Assembly: GCA_051362555.1 (NCBI GenBank)
Contig: CM120641.1
Location: forward strand, 3,038,001 to 3,102,000
DNA from: Lingula anatina
Taxonomy: Eukaryota; Animalia; Brachiopoda
DNA length: 64,000 bases
Reading direction: 5' to 3'
Numbering within the stretch: position 1 is the stretch's first letter; each line of letters opens with the position of its first letter. The position numbers and the translations under genes are program-made. The notes under the pieces are model-generated. The model worked only from the letters and a program-made list of their open reading frames with translations, was not told the origin of the DNA and made no database searches. This document shows, piece after piece, positions 48,701 through 61,597 of the stretch.

Positions 48701-51700
48701 TCACTATAGTAAATATATAATGAGGTGGGAAACGATTAAGCCACGTTAATGCACAGGTGAATAACAACGGATCATTCACGGAACTATCTAAAACATTATT
48801 GCATAACATGTACTCCGAAGGACATGAAATCCATCATTTGCTACCAGACATAAATGAAAGTTCCTATACTTTGCGCGGGTTTATAAGTACATGTACACTG
48901 TGCCAAAACTGAGGACTGTCCGATCGCCAAAATCTTTTATCCCATGGGCTTTATCAAATTTTAAGAACAGGTTTTTATGAACTTTTAATGTGTATCGAAT
49001 CATTTTAACACTTACAAGTATTGTTGTAAAGTTTTAGAATTCGAGGACGAATTCTTTTGAAGAAGGGGTGTATGTTGTAAAGCGAATGACTTACACTTTC
49101 ACTAATTACAGATAACAATTAAAACGGAATCAAAAGAGTAAAAGGATAGGGAGGTAGCGCGAGGTAGCAGGATCGTTGCCCGCCTCCTCCACCACCTTTT
49201 ATAGTGAAGAATACGACAGCAATCTGGAGCTTTCGAACGTTTATTCACCGACTGCCTTTTCACACAATTTCACAAGTAGGCCCTATTTAAAGGATTCTAG
49301 CCACGCATGGACATAATAAGAGAAGGACATGAAACGCTGAGCTAGATCAAAGGATAATCGGCTTAACGTGAGCTCTTCGCGAAACCATGTGCGTTCGGAT
49401 CACGTGACCTCCCGTACAGGTAGCGAGCATATCGCAGTTGTCGATGACTTTTTGTGTCATTTGGGCAGGTAGTTCGCGATAACGTGAGTAAATCCTTCGG
49501 GTGGATGGGGCAATACACTTATAGAGATTAAGTATTAGTACAATTTGTTCTGACAATTTGGAAACTATGTGGGAATTTGATATGTTTGTTCATGGAGGAA
49601 TTCAAAATGCCCTATGTGGTAAAGGCAACCTTGTTTGTTGCCGTAAAATGAGCATTCAAAATTGTACAATTGTAGTGTAGTATACTTGTTTTCAGCTATG
49701 GTCCGATTGGAAAATATTTCTAGTGTCAAACTTTTCTCTCTATGTGAGAAATTAGCCTGAGACGCGGCAATAATGAAACCTTCAATCGTGTCTTGAATTA
49801 AAATGACGCAATTCCTCTCCGATTTATTCAACTCGATGACATATTTTTTACGTACCGTTTAGATAAAGGTGGCATTTACACTGCTGTGTACTATATGTAT
49901 AGGTTTATGTTACTTGCTCATGTGAACCCGAATTATGTAATGATAATCAATATTTTTAACTTTCAATATGGGCTCTCGTTGCAATAGGGCAACACACACG
50001 CATTCTTGACGCACAAAAACGCACCTGGGGGCCTTTTAATATTCTTTTATCAAAGTTGGCATTAACACTGCTCTGAAGTATATATAATTTTACACATTAC
50101 CGGCTACAATCTGCTCCAGTCTGAGAATGATAATTATTATTTTTTTTAACTTTCAATATGGGCTCTCATTGCAATACGGCACCACAAACACATTCGTTAC
50201 GCACAAAGACGCACCTGTGGGCCTTTTAATATTCTTTTATCAAAGTTGACATTAACACTGCTCTGAAGTATATATATATTTACACATTACCGCCGATGGT
50301 CTGCTCCAGTTTGAGAATGATAATTAATACTTTTTCATTTTTAAATTGGAGTCCCTAAACAGCATAGAGACGATGGACAAAGACCCTCATTGGTCTTTTA
50401 ATTAAAGTATAAATGTGGTCATGTACACATGCAAACTTCATGATTATATTTAGCCTACTTGGGTAATGGTCGTTTTAAAGGTACATACGAACCGAGCATC
50501 GGTGGATCGTGGATTCCCAGTAACACATGTAAACCACTTCTACTAGATTCTTATGTGACTCAAATAAATTTGACATGCCAAGGGATAAACTGAATAGATC
50601 ACTCGATCAGCCATAAAAGACCTTTAGACTGCTCCTTTCTTTAAATTTATGGTTGTAAATTTAACCTACTTCCGTGACCTACTTCCCTGCCCCATTGACA
50701 TACAGCTTAGAATGCCAGCAGAAAAATCTGTTCAAACATCATTTTCGGGTAAAATTAAACAATGCCTTTTGGTAATTCTCTTAGTTATGCTATTTAAAAC
50801 TATATGCTGGCATTTGGTAGGTTTTTGTGACAAAAAATTGACTTTGTATGCATCTTTAATGAGGTAACAGGAAAAGATACTGAAAACCCGAAACAAATTT
50901 CCACGTGTTGGCGCAAGTCTATGTGCTAGCAACTGCAAGATGGAGGCAATGCTGTATCATAGCAACCACGAGGGACCGCGAGAAATTGCGTTATCCGTGC
51001 AATAGAACAAAAGAATTTCAATGAGGCACAGCGCGCGCTACCTTAATAATAAGTCGTTCAGGCTCCCGTGGAGCTATCAAAACAGCTTATCTGAGACAAT
51101 GGGCGAATGTTTACCCGAACGCACATAGCTTCAAAGGAAGATGACGCGTTTCATGTCCTTTCATATTTAGGTCCAAGGCAAAAATGAAGCAACAGATCTG
51201 GGTCACGTGGTACTTTGACGACAAAGACGATAAAGGTCTTTGAGACTCAGCTGAGCTGCATGCTGAATACAGACAGAGAAGTTTAGGAAAGTTGAGTTGA
51301 AATGGGTTGGACAATTTTCGTTATGCTTCATTGTGTTGCCGTGGGATTCACCAAAAAATCAGCACTCGTTGACAATCTTTCTTTGTCTGTGACTGTCTTC
51401 CGTGACTTATTTACTTCGGTGATGTCATGGACATAAAATGAGCATTCAAAATTGTACAATTGTAGTGTAGTATACTTGTTTTCAGCTATGATCCGATTGG
51501 AAAATATTTTTAGTGTCAAACTTTTCTCTTCATGTGAGAAATTAGCCTGAGACGCGACAATAATGAAACCTTCAATCGTGTCTTGAATTAAAATGACGCA
51601 ATTCCTCTCCGATTTTTTCAACTCGCTTTTTTTACGTACGGTTTAGATAAAGGTGGCGTTTACACTCCTGTGTGCTATATGAATAGGTTTATGTTACTTG

Positions 51701-52058
51701 CTTAAGTGAGCCCGAATTATATAATGATAATTAATATTTTTAACATTCAATATGGGCTCTCGTTGCAATAGGGCACCACACACGCATTCGTGACCCACAA
51801 ATACGCACCTGTGGGTCTTTTAATATTCTTTTATCAAAGTTGACATTAACACTGCTCTGAAGTATATATATATATATATATTTACACATTACCGGCTACG
51901 GTCTGCTCCAGTCTGAGAATGATAATTATTATCTTTTTAACTTTCAATATTGGCTCTCGTTGCAATGTGGCACCACACACGCATTCGTTAAGCACAAAAA
52001 CGCACCTGTGGGCCTTTTAATATTCTTTTATCAAAGTTGACATTAACACTGCTCTGAA

Positions 52059-52126
<68 letters not shown>

Positions 52127-52292
52127 CCGGCTACGGTCTGCTCCAGTCTGAGAATGATAATTATTATTTTTTAACTTTCAATATTGGCTCTCGTTGTAAT
52201 GTGGCACCACACACGCATTCGTTAAGCACAAAAACGCACCTGTGGGCCTTTTAATATTATTTTATCAAAGTTGACATTAACACTGCTCTGAA

Positions 52293-52357
<65 letters not shown>

Positions 52358-55300
52358 ACCGGCTACGGTCGTCTCCAGTTTGAGAATGATAATTAATATT
52401 TTTCATCTTTAAATTGGAGTCCCTAAACAGCATAGAGACGATTGACAAACATCGTCATTGGTCTTTTAATTCAAGTATAAATGTGGACATGTACACATGC
52501 AAACTTCATGATTATATTTACTTGGGTAATGGTCATAAAAGTGGATCTTGGATCTTGATCACATTTGTGATTTTAGTCTCCCATGATGTCCATGGTGATG
52601 TGATGCTCGAGATTATGGTCGCCTCAGGTGGTTTAGATCATATGATATCAAAAGCTGACAGTCTTTCAAATTAGCCGTCATCAGTTGACAAGCTTACTAA
52701 TTGCTGATGCATTTTTAATGCATGGTAGTTGACCAAGAGCTCGTTAACAATAAAACCTGTTAATTACGCACCGCTGCACTTCCCAAGCCAGGTAATAACA
52801 GGTAACTCAACTTGTCAGATTCTTGGTGGGCTTTAATATTTTTTCAATATATCTCTTTTATTTCATGGGGTGATATCTATTAGTATTTTAAAATGACGTT
52901 TAATATCGATATTTAAACATTTGAGTTCAAACACGGTCGCGAACATTAATAAAAGTGATTGCTCTCAGGGTATTCTGAAGCATGCGTATGCCCAGGCATT
53001 ACTTCTGTGGAAGAAAACGTGGTTGAGGAAAAACTCGAAAAAGAGCAGTAATAAAGAAAAAAGAACTTCTGTAATAAAAAGGTTCGTAATCCTAATGCGT
53101 TTAACGAAATAAAGTGTTTTGTGCTTTGAGAATTTGTTTCTGAAGGGTATTTCAACTGAAATATTAAATAATTTAAAAGATTTATCATTTTATAATTTGA
53201 AACACAAGTTCTGCGTCTGCACGCAAAACTTTTTGCAAATTTGTGAGTTTTGTCAAACCCAAAAACATATAGCAGAACAAGGTAAAAAAAAAAGCATTGT
53301 TTGATGTTAGTGGCATGTTAAAAAATCATAACTTTAATGTGTTCACTACATGTGCAGTATTTGATACGTTCTTACATGTAGTTCTTAGTTCTTAGTTCCT
53401 CCTGTCCAACGTAGGACATTGGGCGGCAAACTTTTTCCAACTTGTCTGGTCGGCAGCGGCCTTCTCTATCTTCTCCAACCTGATGTTGCCTCTTTGCAGA
53501 TCATTCTGGAAGGTTCTCCTCCAGGTTATCCTCGGTCTACCTCGTTTGCGCTTTTTAAAAGCATGTTGGGTGTAAAATGGAGAACTAGTGATAACTTAGT
53601 TCATTGTACATGTACGTAACTTAGTACATTATGAAACCGGGAGATACCCACTTCTTTTAAGTACATAGCTACGATTTTTTAATATTGATTTAAATCCGCT
53701 CTTCGAAAAATTGTATTATAACAGCGTGCTATAAAGATCTACTGAACAAAAAAATTTGCTTGGGTAATTTGAGTACGGAATGAACTGGAGACACTTGACT
53801 TGTCATTAATTTTTCACGAAAACATGTCAGATAATTTTATACTGTCCTTGATAGAGTAAATATTGAAAGATAATTTTAGTCAAACATTGACCGGGGAAAT
53901 ATCCACAAGGAGTAAAGGGCTATTGTACCAACATCTTGTTGATAATTTTACAGTGCAATTCTATTTAAATAAGCCAATTTCACAGAAATATAAGGAATTA
54001 CTTGGCAAATTTAGACTTTCATCACATATTCTAGCTGTAGAAACTGGAAGGTGCAGACACAAATAAAAATTAAGAATCGGTAAACTACGTATTTTAGATG
54101 ACATCGAGGATGAATTTCATTTTATTCTTTTAAGAATTTTAAAATGTCTTTGCTACAGAACGTTTAGGTAGAAGCACATCAAAAAATTTATAATACAAAG
54201 TAAAGTGTTTTCAAGCTAATTAAATTGTTATCACTTAACAATGTTTCACAATTAAACAACTTATGAAAGTACTTAAAATGTTCATCGGAGGTAAGATTAA
54301 CGTCAGTCTGATGAGTTTTTATCATTACTACTAGTAGTTGTATTGTTGTTTTTATGACTCTAGAAGTTGTAAACTTCTCGTATGACTCCATATTTTTATT
54401 GCATTTTATTCTGATGAGCCGTAGGGCGCAAGGGTTTAATAAATTGAATTTCACAAATAACATGGACCTCATATCGAATGATCAAAAGTACCCTCAAGTC
54501 ATTCAAATACAGTATATTTATACTAGTTGGGATAACCATAATTAAATGCTAGTTAAAGAAGTGAATAGACGGCAAAATGGCTTCACTCGGCTTTACGGGT
54601 AAGATGCCTCTGGTAAGAGATTTGAATGAGTATGAACTTCTAACAGGAGTCAGAAAAGTCATCTTACAGGTAGACAATGCAGCTCAGTTTGATAGGCTCT
54701 CTCCTCCGGTGGCACGATTGTCGTCATCGGACCACGTGACCACGTACCTCATTAACTCCCAGGCCCAGCAAAGAGGACGTTTTTTAAAGCCCAAAATTTA
54801 CAAAATAAGCTTTTAACTTGTCTATTTGGACAAAGATATCGTAAGTTGCCCATTGATCATGCATTTTCTTGTTTTCTTTCCATTGTCTTTGCGTGATTAC
54901 AAAATATTTTCCATTCGCACGTTGCAAGTCACCATGAAACATTTCCTTATTAGGTAATCCTAATGCTAATCCTAATACTTGAATCATATCCAAAACTCAG
55001 TTATTATGTGATAAACAGATGATCGAAATTAAAATATATTATGAAATTAACCAATCACATGAACTGTTACTGACTTTGACCTTTTCCATCTTTTTCTGAC
55101 ACTAAAAATGTTCTACACTTGTTGACTCTTGATGAAACTTAACTTACACTCAATAACTCCCTATCCTTTTACTCTTTTGATTCCGTTTTAATTGTTATCT
55201 GTAATTAGTGAAAGTGTAAATCTTTCGCTTTACAACAGTATACTTTAAGATTGTGCATTTCACCACCATTTATTTTTTATTGTAAAATCCAACTTTTTAA

Positions 55301-58300
55301 GTTGCAAATAAATACATATTATTAGGATCAACTGCAACATAAATCCTACTGCTTTATTACGCAGGTTCCAAAAATTTTCGTACATCTGTTTCCACATGTA
55401 CTGCCTATCACGACCACGAGTTGGCTAGAGTGCACATGAACTTAATGGAGGCTCACAGTTTGAGTTTCTTTTTTATCAAGGCCACACTTTTTTAATTTTA
55501 TGGATGACATCCTGCGCGCGCACCGATTTTCGTCCGTTCTCCAAAAAAAAAAAAAAAAAAAATCCCCCCCCCCAAACCGCTCCCCCCCCCCCCCCCCCCC
55601 AATGCAAGGAAGTTGGTGGTCGCAAACATCGTTATTGAATTTGCAGGAAAATGCAATCGGCAATTCTCGGCTAATTCCGCAAGCTCTTAAGAGATTTTAA
55701 CAAAAAACCAAACTTTTTAGAAAAAAACCAGGGACTAACTTTGAATGTAAAAATGGATTCATTAACCATTGGTAAGTATGGGAAAATTGTTGTTTACTCC
55801 AGGAAAATTCATTTTTTGGCCGAAACAAAGAGTTATTATTGCTTTAATTTCAAAATACACGACAATTAAAGTCATAAAGAGAACGGGGGCCGTCTTTTTG
55901 GATTGGTTTGCCATTGATATTGGACATGGAGATATCACCCTTTTACAATTATACGAAAGGCTGGCCGCGGCCAGCGATCATCGCCCGGAAAATTTCAGTG
56001 ACATTCTGTCCAAAGCAGCACATACCAGTTTCTTTTTGGAGCGAAAAAAGGGTCGACAAGAGCGTCATGGTATTTGGTGGACTGAAGGTCGGACAGGCCA
56101 CCCGATAGTTGGCTGCTAGCGTTTGAGTCGAAGTAGACAAAATGGCATCGACCGAAATTACCTTAGTAGTAGGAAGCATAAGCCCATCTTTGCTTCATTT
56201 TTTTAACAATTCTGTGAAGTGTTTACAATGCTTTAATTTTCTGAGAGTACAAATTAAGACACGCTGTTTATTTGATATTTGTTTTATTGGATGCTATACC
56301 AACAGAATGCATGAAATAACCTTAAATAGATTTGGTAATATGCAGCATATATATTCATGACTTTTTACCTTTCTACGAAATAGGCCCTATTCACAAAGCT
56401 TTAATATTTTGAGAGCATGGATAAAGACATGTTGTTAGTTTGATACGTGTTTCTGTGGTAAATTAGTGTTTCCAGCTGTGTACTGAAAACATAACTTTTC
56501 TTAAGCAGTTTTTTTTTTTTTTGGACTGTTTTTTTTTTTTCGCCCGCTCGCACCGACTTTGGGGTCCCCAGAGGATGTCATCCATAAAAATAAAAAAGTG
56601 TGGCCCAAAATGAAATAAAATGAAGAAAGAATTCAGTCTCGGTCTCGGGCTGGACAATACCTATCAAAGCTTCAACTGGATGAAAGAGACCGCCTTACTT
56701 TGCTGTTTCGTAATGCACATGTTATTGCCAAAAACAACAGGTGATTAATAGATGTTTTTAAGGACATACATTTGATATTACTAGCTACACGTTCTTCATA
56801 CTTGTATTGGTTTTAGTCCTTGTGTCGTTCTACCATGCCCTTTTCATTAAGTAATAAAAAACTTTTACAATCTTTTTCTTTCAATTTATTTTTTCCAAAG
56901 TTTATGAAATATATGGAAAACATTTTATATTAGATATATTGTCGATGATTGAAATGATAAAAAATACACCAGAAAACAAATAATTTTACGTATTTCTATA
57001 ATTTTACTTTGGTCTGACAGAACTTTCAAGCTTATCACACTGAATATCTAACAGATTTATGGCCTTTTGTAAAGTCTGTAAACCATTGAAAAACTCAATG
57101 CAATAAATACTAGGGAGGGGTGGGGGATCCAGTAACCTGTAATCATATCTGTTTATTCATTTTAATTAGGAATCATTTTAATTAGGAATATTCTTCCACG
57201 GCTGTGTAAGGAATGAGACCATTAAATTAAGGTTGTGGTGTACGTGCAGGTCATGAGGTGAATCAATGACTCATAAGTGATCAAGTACGTATAAGGTACA
57301 AGATGTAACGCGTGACAACTGGCATTGAACCAAAAAAAAAAAAAAAAAAAACGTAACTAAAATGAACATGCAATTACATCATATGTATATACACTTTTTA
57401 TCAACACCGACACACACTGCTTACAGGCCCGTAGCCAGCAATTTCAAAAGGGGGGGTTCTTTTTTTTTTTTTGAAAAAGTGGACCTTTTTCCATAAATAC
57501 TTCGTGTACCTAGCTCTAATTTTTCCCAGAGTGGACCTTTTCCCAGCAAAAGGGGCGGTTTTTTCGAACCCCCTAACCCCCCTGGCTACGGGCTCGGTTT
57601 AAATAAAATTAGATTAGGGTGTCTGTATTGTTTTTCACAAAGTGGTCAAAAGATTATGATCAAATATTGCGCCATTACTGTTACCTCCATCGTGAATACG
57701 CATGCCAATCGTTCCACCTGTGTACAGGACCAGGACTTTCGATTCATCTTTGTAGTCGAGATCAGTCGTCTTCAGTTCCGTGTCGGTTGTCTTTAACTTC
57801 TCCGGTCTGTATGACGGATCCATGGAAGTTTTCCCTTCAAAGTCGGAGGCAACATATTATTGGTGGGCTTTAATATTTTTTCAATATATCTCTATTATTT
57901 CATGGGGTGATATTATTGGTATTTTTAAATGACGTTTAATATCGATATTTAAACATTGGAGTTCAAACACGGTCGCGAACATTAATAAAAGTGATTGCTC
58001 TCAGGGTATCCTGAAGCATGCGTATGCCCAGGCATAACTTCTGTGGAAGAAAACCTGGTTGGGGAAAAACACGAAAAAGAGCAGTAATATTAAAGAAAAA
58101 ATAACTTCTGTAATAAAAAGGTTCGTAATCCTAATGCGTTTAAGGAAATAAAGTGTTTTGTGCTTTGAGAATTTGTTTCTGAAGGGTATTTCAACTGAAA
58201 TATTAAATAATTTAAAAGATTTATCATTTTATAATTTGAAACACAAGTTCTGCGTCTGTGTTCACTTAATGTGAAGTATTTGATACGTACGTCAGTATAT

Positions 58301-61300
58301 TTTAAATTATGTATGGAGATTTAACATGGTATTACCTTAATGGGATATAAGAAGGGCACATACGAATTTTTTAAAAGAATGTTGGGTGTAAAAAGGAGAA
58401 CTAGTGATACTTAGTTCATTGTACATGCACGTAACTTAGTACATTATGAAACCGGGAGATACCCACTTCTTTTAAGTACATAGCTACGATTTTTTAATAT
58501 TGATTTAAATCCGTTCTTCGAAAAATTGTATTATAACAGCGTGCTATAAAGATCTACTGAACAAAAAATTTGATTGGGTAATTTGAGTATACGGAATGAT
58601 CTGGAGACACTTGACTTGTCATTAATTTTTCACGAAAACATGTCAGATAATTTTATACTGTCCTTGATAGAGTAAATATTGAAAGATAATTTTAGTCAAA
58701 CACTGACCGGGGAAATATCCACAAGGAGTAAAGGGCTATTGTACCAACATCTTGTTCATAATTTTACAGTGCAATTCTATTTAGATAAGCCAATTTCACA
58801 GAAATATAAGGAATTAATTGCCAAATTTAGACTTTCATCACATATTCTAGCTGTAGAAACTGGAAGGTGCAGACACAAATAAAAATTAAGAACCGGTAAA
58901 CTACGTATTTTAGATGACATCGAGGATGAATTTCATTTTATTCTTTTAAGAATTTTAAAATGTCTTTGCTACAGAACGTTTAGGCAGAAGCACATCAAGA
59001 AATTTATAATACAAAACAAAGTGTTTTCAAGCTAATTAAATTGTTATCACTTAACAATGTTTCACAATTAAACAACTTATGGAAGTACTTAAAATGTTCA
59101 TCGGAGGTAAGATTAACGTCAGTCTGATGAGTTTTTATCATTACCACTAATAGTTGTATTGTTGTTTTTATGACTCTAGAAGTTGTAAACTTTTCGTATG
59201 ACTTTATATTTTTATTGCATTTCATTCTGATGAGCCGTAGGGCGCAAGGGTTTAATAAATTGAATTGAATTTCACAAATAACATGGACCTCATATCGAAT
59301 TATCAAAAGTACCCTCAATTCATTCAAATACAGTATATTTATACTAGTTGGGATAACCATAATTAAATGCTAGTTAAAGAAGTGAATAGACGGGAAAATG
59401 GCTTCACGGGTAAGATCCCTCGGGTAAGAGATTTGAATGAGTAAGAACTTTTATCAGGAGTCAGAAAAGTCATCTTACAGGTAGACAACGCAGCTCATTT
59501 TGACAGCCCTCTCTCCTCCGGTGGCACGATTGTCGTCATCGGACCACGTGACGACGTAGCTCATTAACTCCCAGGCCGAGCAAAGAGGACGTTTTTTAAA
59601 GCCCAAAATTTACAAAATGAGCTTTTAATTTGTGTATTTGGATAAAGATATCGATAGTTGCCCGTTGATCATGCATTTTCTTGTTTTCTTTCCATTGTCT
59701 TTGCGTGATTACAAAATATTTTCCATTCGCATGTTGCAAGTCACCATGAAACATTTCCTTATTAGGTAATCCTAATGCTTATCCTGATGCTTGAATCATA
59801 TCCAAAACTCAGTTATCATGTGATAAACAGATGATCGAAATTAAAATATGTTATGAAATTAACCAATCACATGAACTGTTACTGACTTTGACCTTTTTCC
59901 ATCTTTTTCTGACACTAAAAAATGTTCTACACTTGTTGACTCTTGATGAAACTTAACTTACACTCAATAACTCAATATTATATCTCCCTATCCTTTTACT
60001 CTTTTGATTCCGTTTTAATTGTTATCTGTAATTAGTGAAAGTGTAAGTCATTCGCTTTACAACAGTAAAGATTGTGATAGTAAAGTTTAAGATTGTGCAT
60101 TTCACCACTATTTGTTTTTTATTGTAAAATCCAACTTTTTAAGTTGCAAATAAATACATATTATTATGATCAACAGCAACATAAACCCTGCTGCTTTATT
60201 AAACAGGTTCTAAAAAATTTCGTACATCTGTTTCCACATGTACTGCCTATCACGACCACGAGTTGGCTAGAGTGCACATGAACTTAATGGAGGCTCACAG
60301 TTTGAGTTTTTTTTATCAAAATGAAATAAAATGAAGAAAGAATTCAACTCGGTCTCGGACTGGACAATACCTATCAAAGCTTCAACTGGATGAAAGAGAC
60401 CGCCTTACTTTGCTGTTTCGTAATGCACATGTTATTGCCAAAAACAACAGGTGATTAAAAGATTTTTTTATGGACATACATTTGATATTACTAGCTACAC
60501 GTTCTTCATACTTGTATTGATTTTAGTCCTTGTGTCGTTCTACCATGCCCTTTTCATTAAGTAATAAAAAACTTTTACAATCTTTATCTTTCAATTTATT
60601 TTTTCCAAAGTTTATGAAATATATGGAAAACATTTTATATTCGATTTATTGTCGATGATTGAAATGACAAAAAATACACCAGAAAACAAATAATTTTACG
60701 TATTTCTATAATTTTACTTTGGTCTGACAGAACTTTCAAGCTTGTCACACCGAATATCTAACAGATTTATGGCCTTTGTAAAGTCTGTAAACCATTGAAA
60801 TACTCGATGCAATAAATACTAGGGAGGGGTGGGGGATCCAGTAACCTGTTATAATATCTGTTTATTCATTTTAATTAGGAGTCATTTTAATTAGGAATAT
60901 TCTTCCACAGCTGTGTAAGGAATGAGACCATTAAATTAAGGTTGTGGTGTACGTGCAGGTCATGAGGTGAATCAATGACTCATAAGTGATCAAGTACGTG
61001 TAAGGTACAGGATGTAACGCGTGACAACTGGCATTGAACCAAAAAAAAAAAAAAAACGAAAACGAAAATGTAACCAAAATGAACATGCAATTACATCATA
61101 TGTATATACACTTTTTATCAACACCGACACACACTGCTTACAGGCCCGTAGCCAGCAATTTCAAAAGGGGGTTCTTTTTTTTTTTTTTTGAAAAAGTGGA
61201 CCTTTTTCCATAAAAACTTCGTGTACCTAGATCAAATTTTACCCAAAGTGGACCTTTTCACAGCAAAAGGGGCGGTTCTTTCGAACCCCCTAACCCCCCT

Positions 61301-61597
61301 GGCTACGGGCTCGGTTTAAATAAAATTAGATTAGGGTGTCTGAATTGTTTTTCACAAAGTGGTCAAAAGATTATGCTCAAATATTGCGCCATTACTGTTA
61401 CCTCCATCGTGAATACGCTTGCCAATCGTTCCACCTGTGTACAGGACTTCGACTCTCGATTCATCTTTGTAGTCGAGATCAGTACTCTTCAGTTCCGTGT
61501 CGGTTGTCTTTAACTTCTCCGGTCTGTATGACGGATCCATGGAAGTTTTCCCTTCAAAGTCGGAGGCAACGGAACCAGCACCGTTCTTGGATGCCAT
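43672..61597 (-). CDS. ASPG: ASPG paralogue copy 3, asparaginase domain only (~415 aa); functional truncated gene or young pseudogene
   Basis: Exons 61597-61402, 47149-47008, 46671-46560, 46443-46318, 45834-45751, 45459-45333, 45110-45001, 44687-44502 and 44247-44134 are all open with GT-AG sites. Fused exon from 43722 reads [16 protein letters not shown] (TAA 43674-43672). Confidence 0.75.
47912..49040 (+). mobile_element. Degenerate L2/CR1-group LINE fragment; 3' tail displaced to 55238-55320
   Basis: [12 protein letters not shown]...[29 protein letters not shown] at 47955-48170 and an L2-like 3' end near 48800-48960. ATTATGATCA at 47902-47911 recurs as ATTAGGATCA at 55321 and ATTATGATCA at 60163, consistent with a target duplication; empty site in copy 2 near 19995. 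Confidence 0.7.
48271..48409 (+). mobile_element. Short element with a tRNA-like head between 17-bp inverted repeats
   Basis: GTCTCTAGTGTAGTGCC ... GGCGCTACACTATAGAC enclosing GGCCCGATAGCTCAGGCGGTAGAGC. Confidence 0.5.
49958..52405. repeat. Two arrays (49958-50340; 51741-52405) of ~190-bp tandem units with internal (TA)n, inside a larger internal duplication (~49625-50470 vs ~51433-52530)
   Basis: Unit TTCAATAT(G/T)GGCTCTC...CTGAAGTATATA...GAGAATGATAATT occurs two plus three times. Confidence 0.88.
53380..53551 (-). mobile_element. RTE-clade LINE 3' end
   Basis: Minus frame [21 protein letters not shown]...[15 protein letters not shown]...RRN* followed by a (AACTAAG)n tail; present in unit A only. 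Confidence 0.8.
53560..54320 (+). mobile_element. Degenerate RTEX-like LINE 3' fragment (duplicate at ~58375-59120)
   Basis: Frameshifted [15 protein letters not shown] and [11 protein letters not shown] motifs. Confidence 0.72.
55480..56605. mobile_element. TIR element with 3-bp TSD (Harbinger- or Zator-like)
   Basis: TIR GGCCACACTTTTTT..TTTTATGGATGACATCCT, CAA on both sides; empty site TTTATCAAAATGAAAT in unit B near 60312. Confidence 0.82.
57424..57596. mobile_element. Short MITE (duplicate at 61141-61313)
   Basis: CAGGCCCGTAGCCAG ... CTGGCTACGGGCTCG ends; absent from the plus-strand exon-1 blocks. Confidence 0.7.
57685..57853 (-). pseudogene. 5'-truncated duplicate of ASPG exon 1 retaining in-frame ATG (MDPSY, 57823) and donor
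   Basis: [11 protein letters not shown]...[18 protein letters not shown] with G|GTAACA donor; upstream part removed by the duplication junction. Confidence 0.7.

Larger units (their letters stand above)
49073..55237. mobile_element. ~6.2-kb non-coding composite element bounded by ~80-bp TGT...ACA inverted repeats
   Basis: 49073-49152 is the reverse complement of 55157-55237. It is inserted in the L2 3' UTR, has internal duplications and no long ORF. A second right end lies at ~59985-60064. Confidence 0.65.
52823..61570. repeat. Tandem duplication: unit A 52823-57853, unit B 57860-61570
   Basis: Colinear near-identity; the junction GGCAAC|ATATTA|TTGGTGGG cuts through ASPG exon 1. Confidence 0.92.

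Noticed and set aside
55769-56360. Transposase ORF inside the 55480-56605 element
   Set aside because: Short overlapping ORFs without a recognisable catalytic motif.
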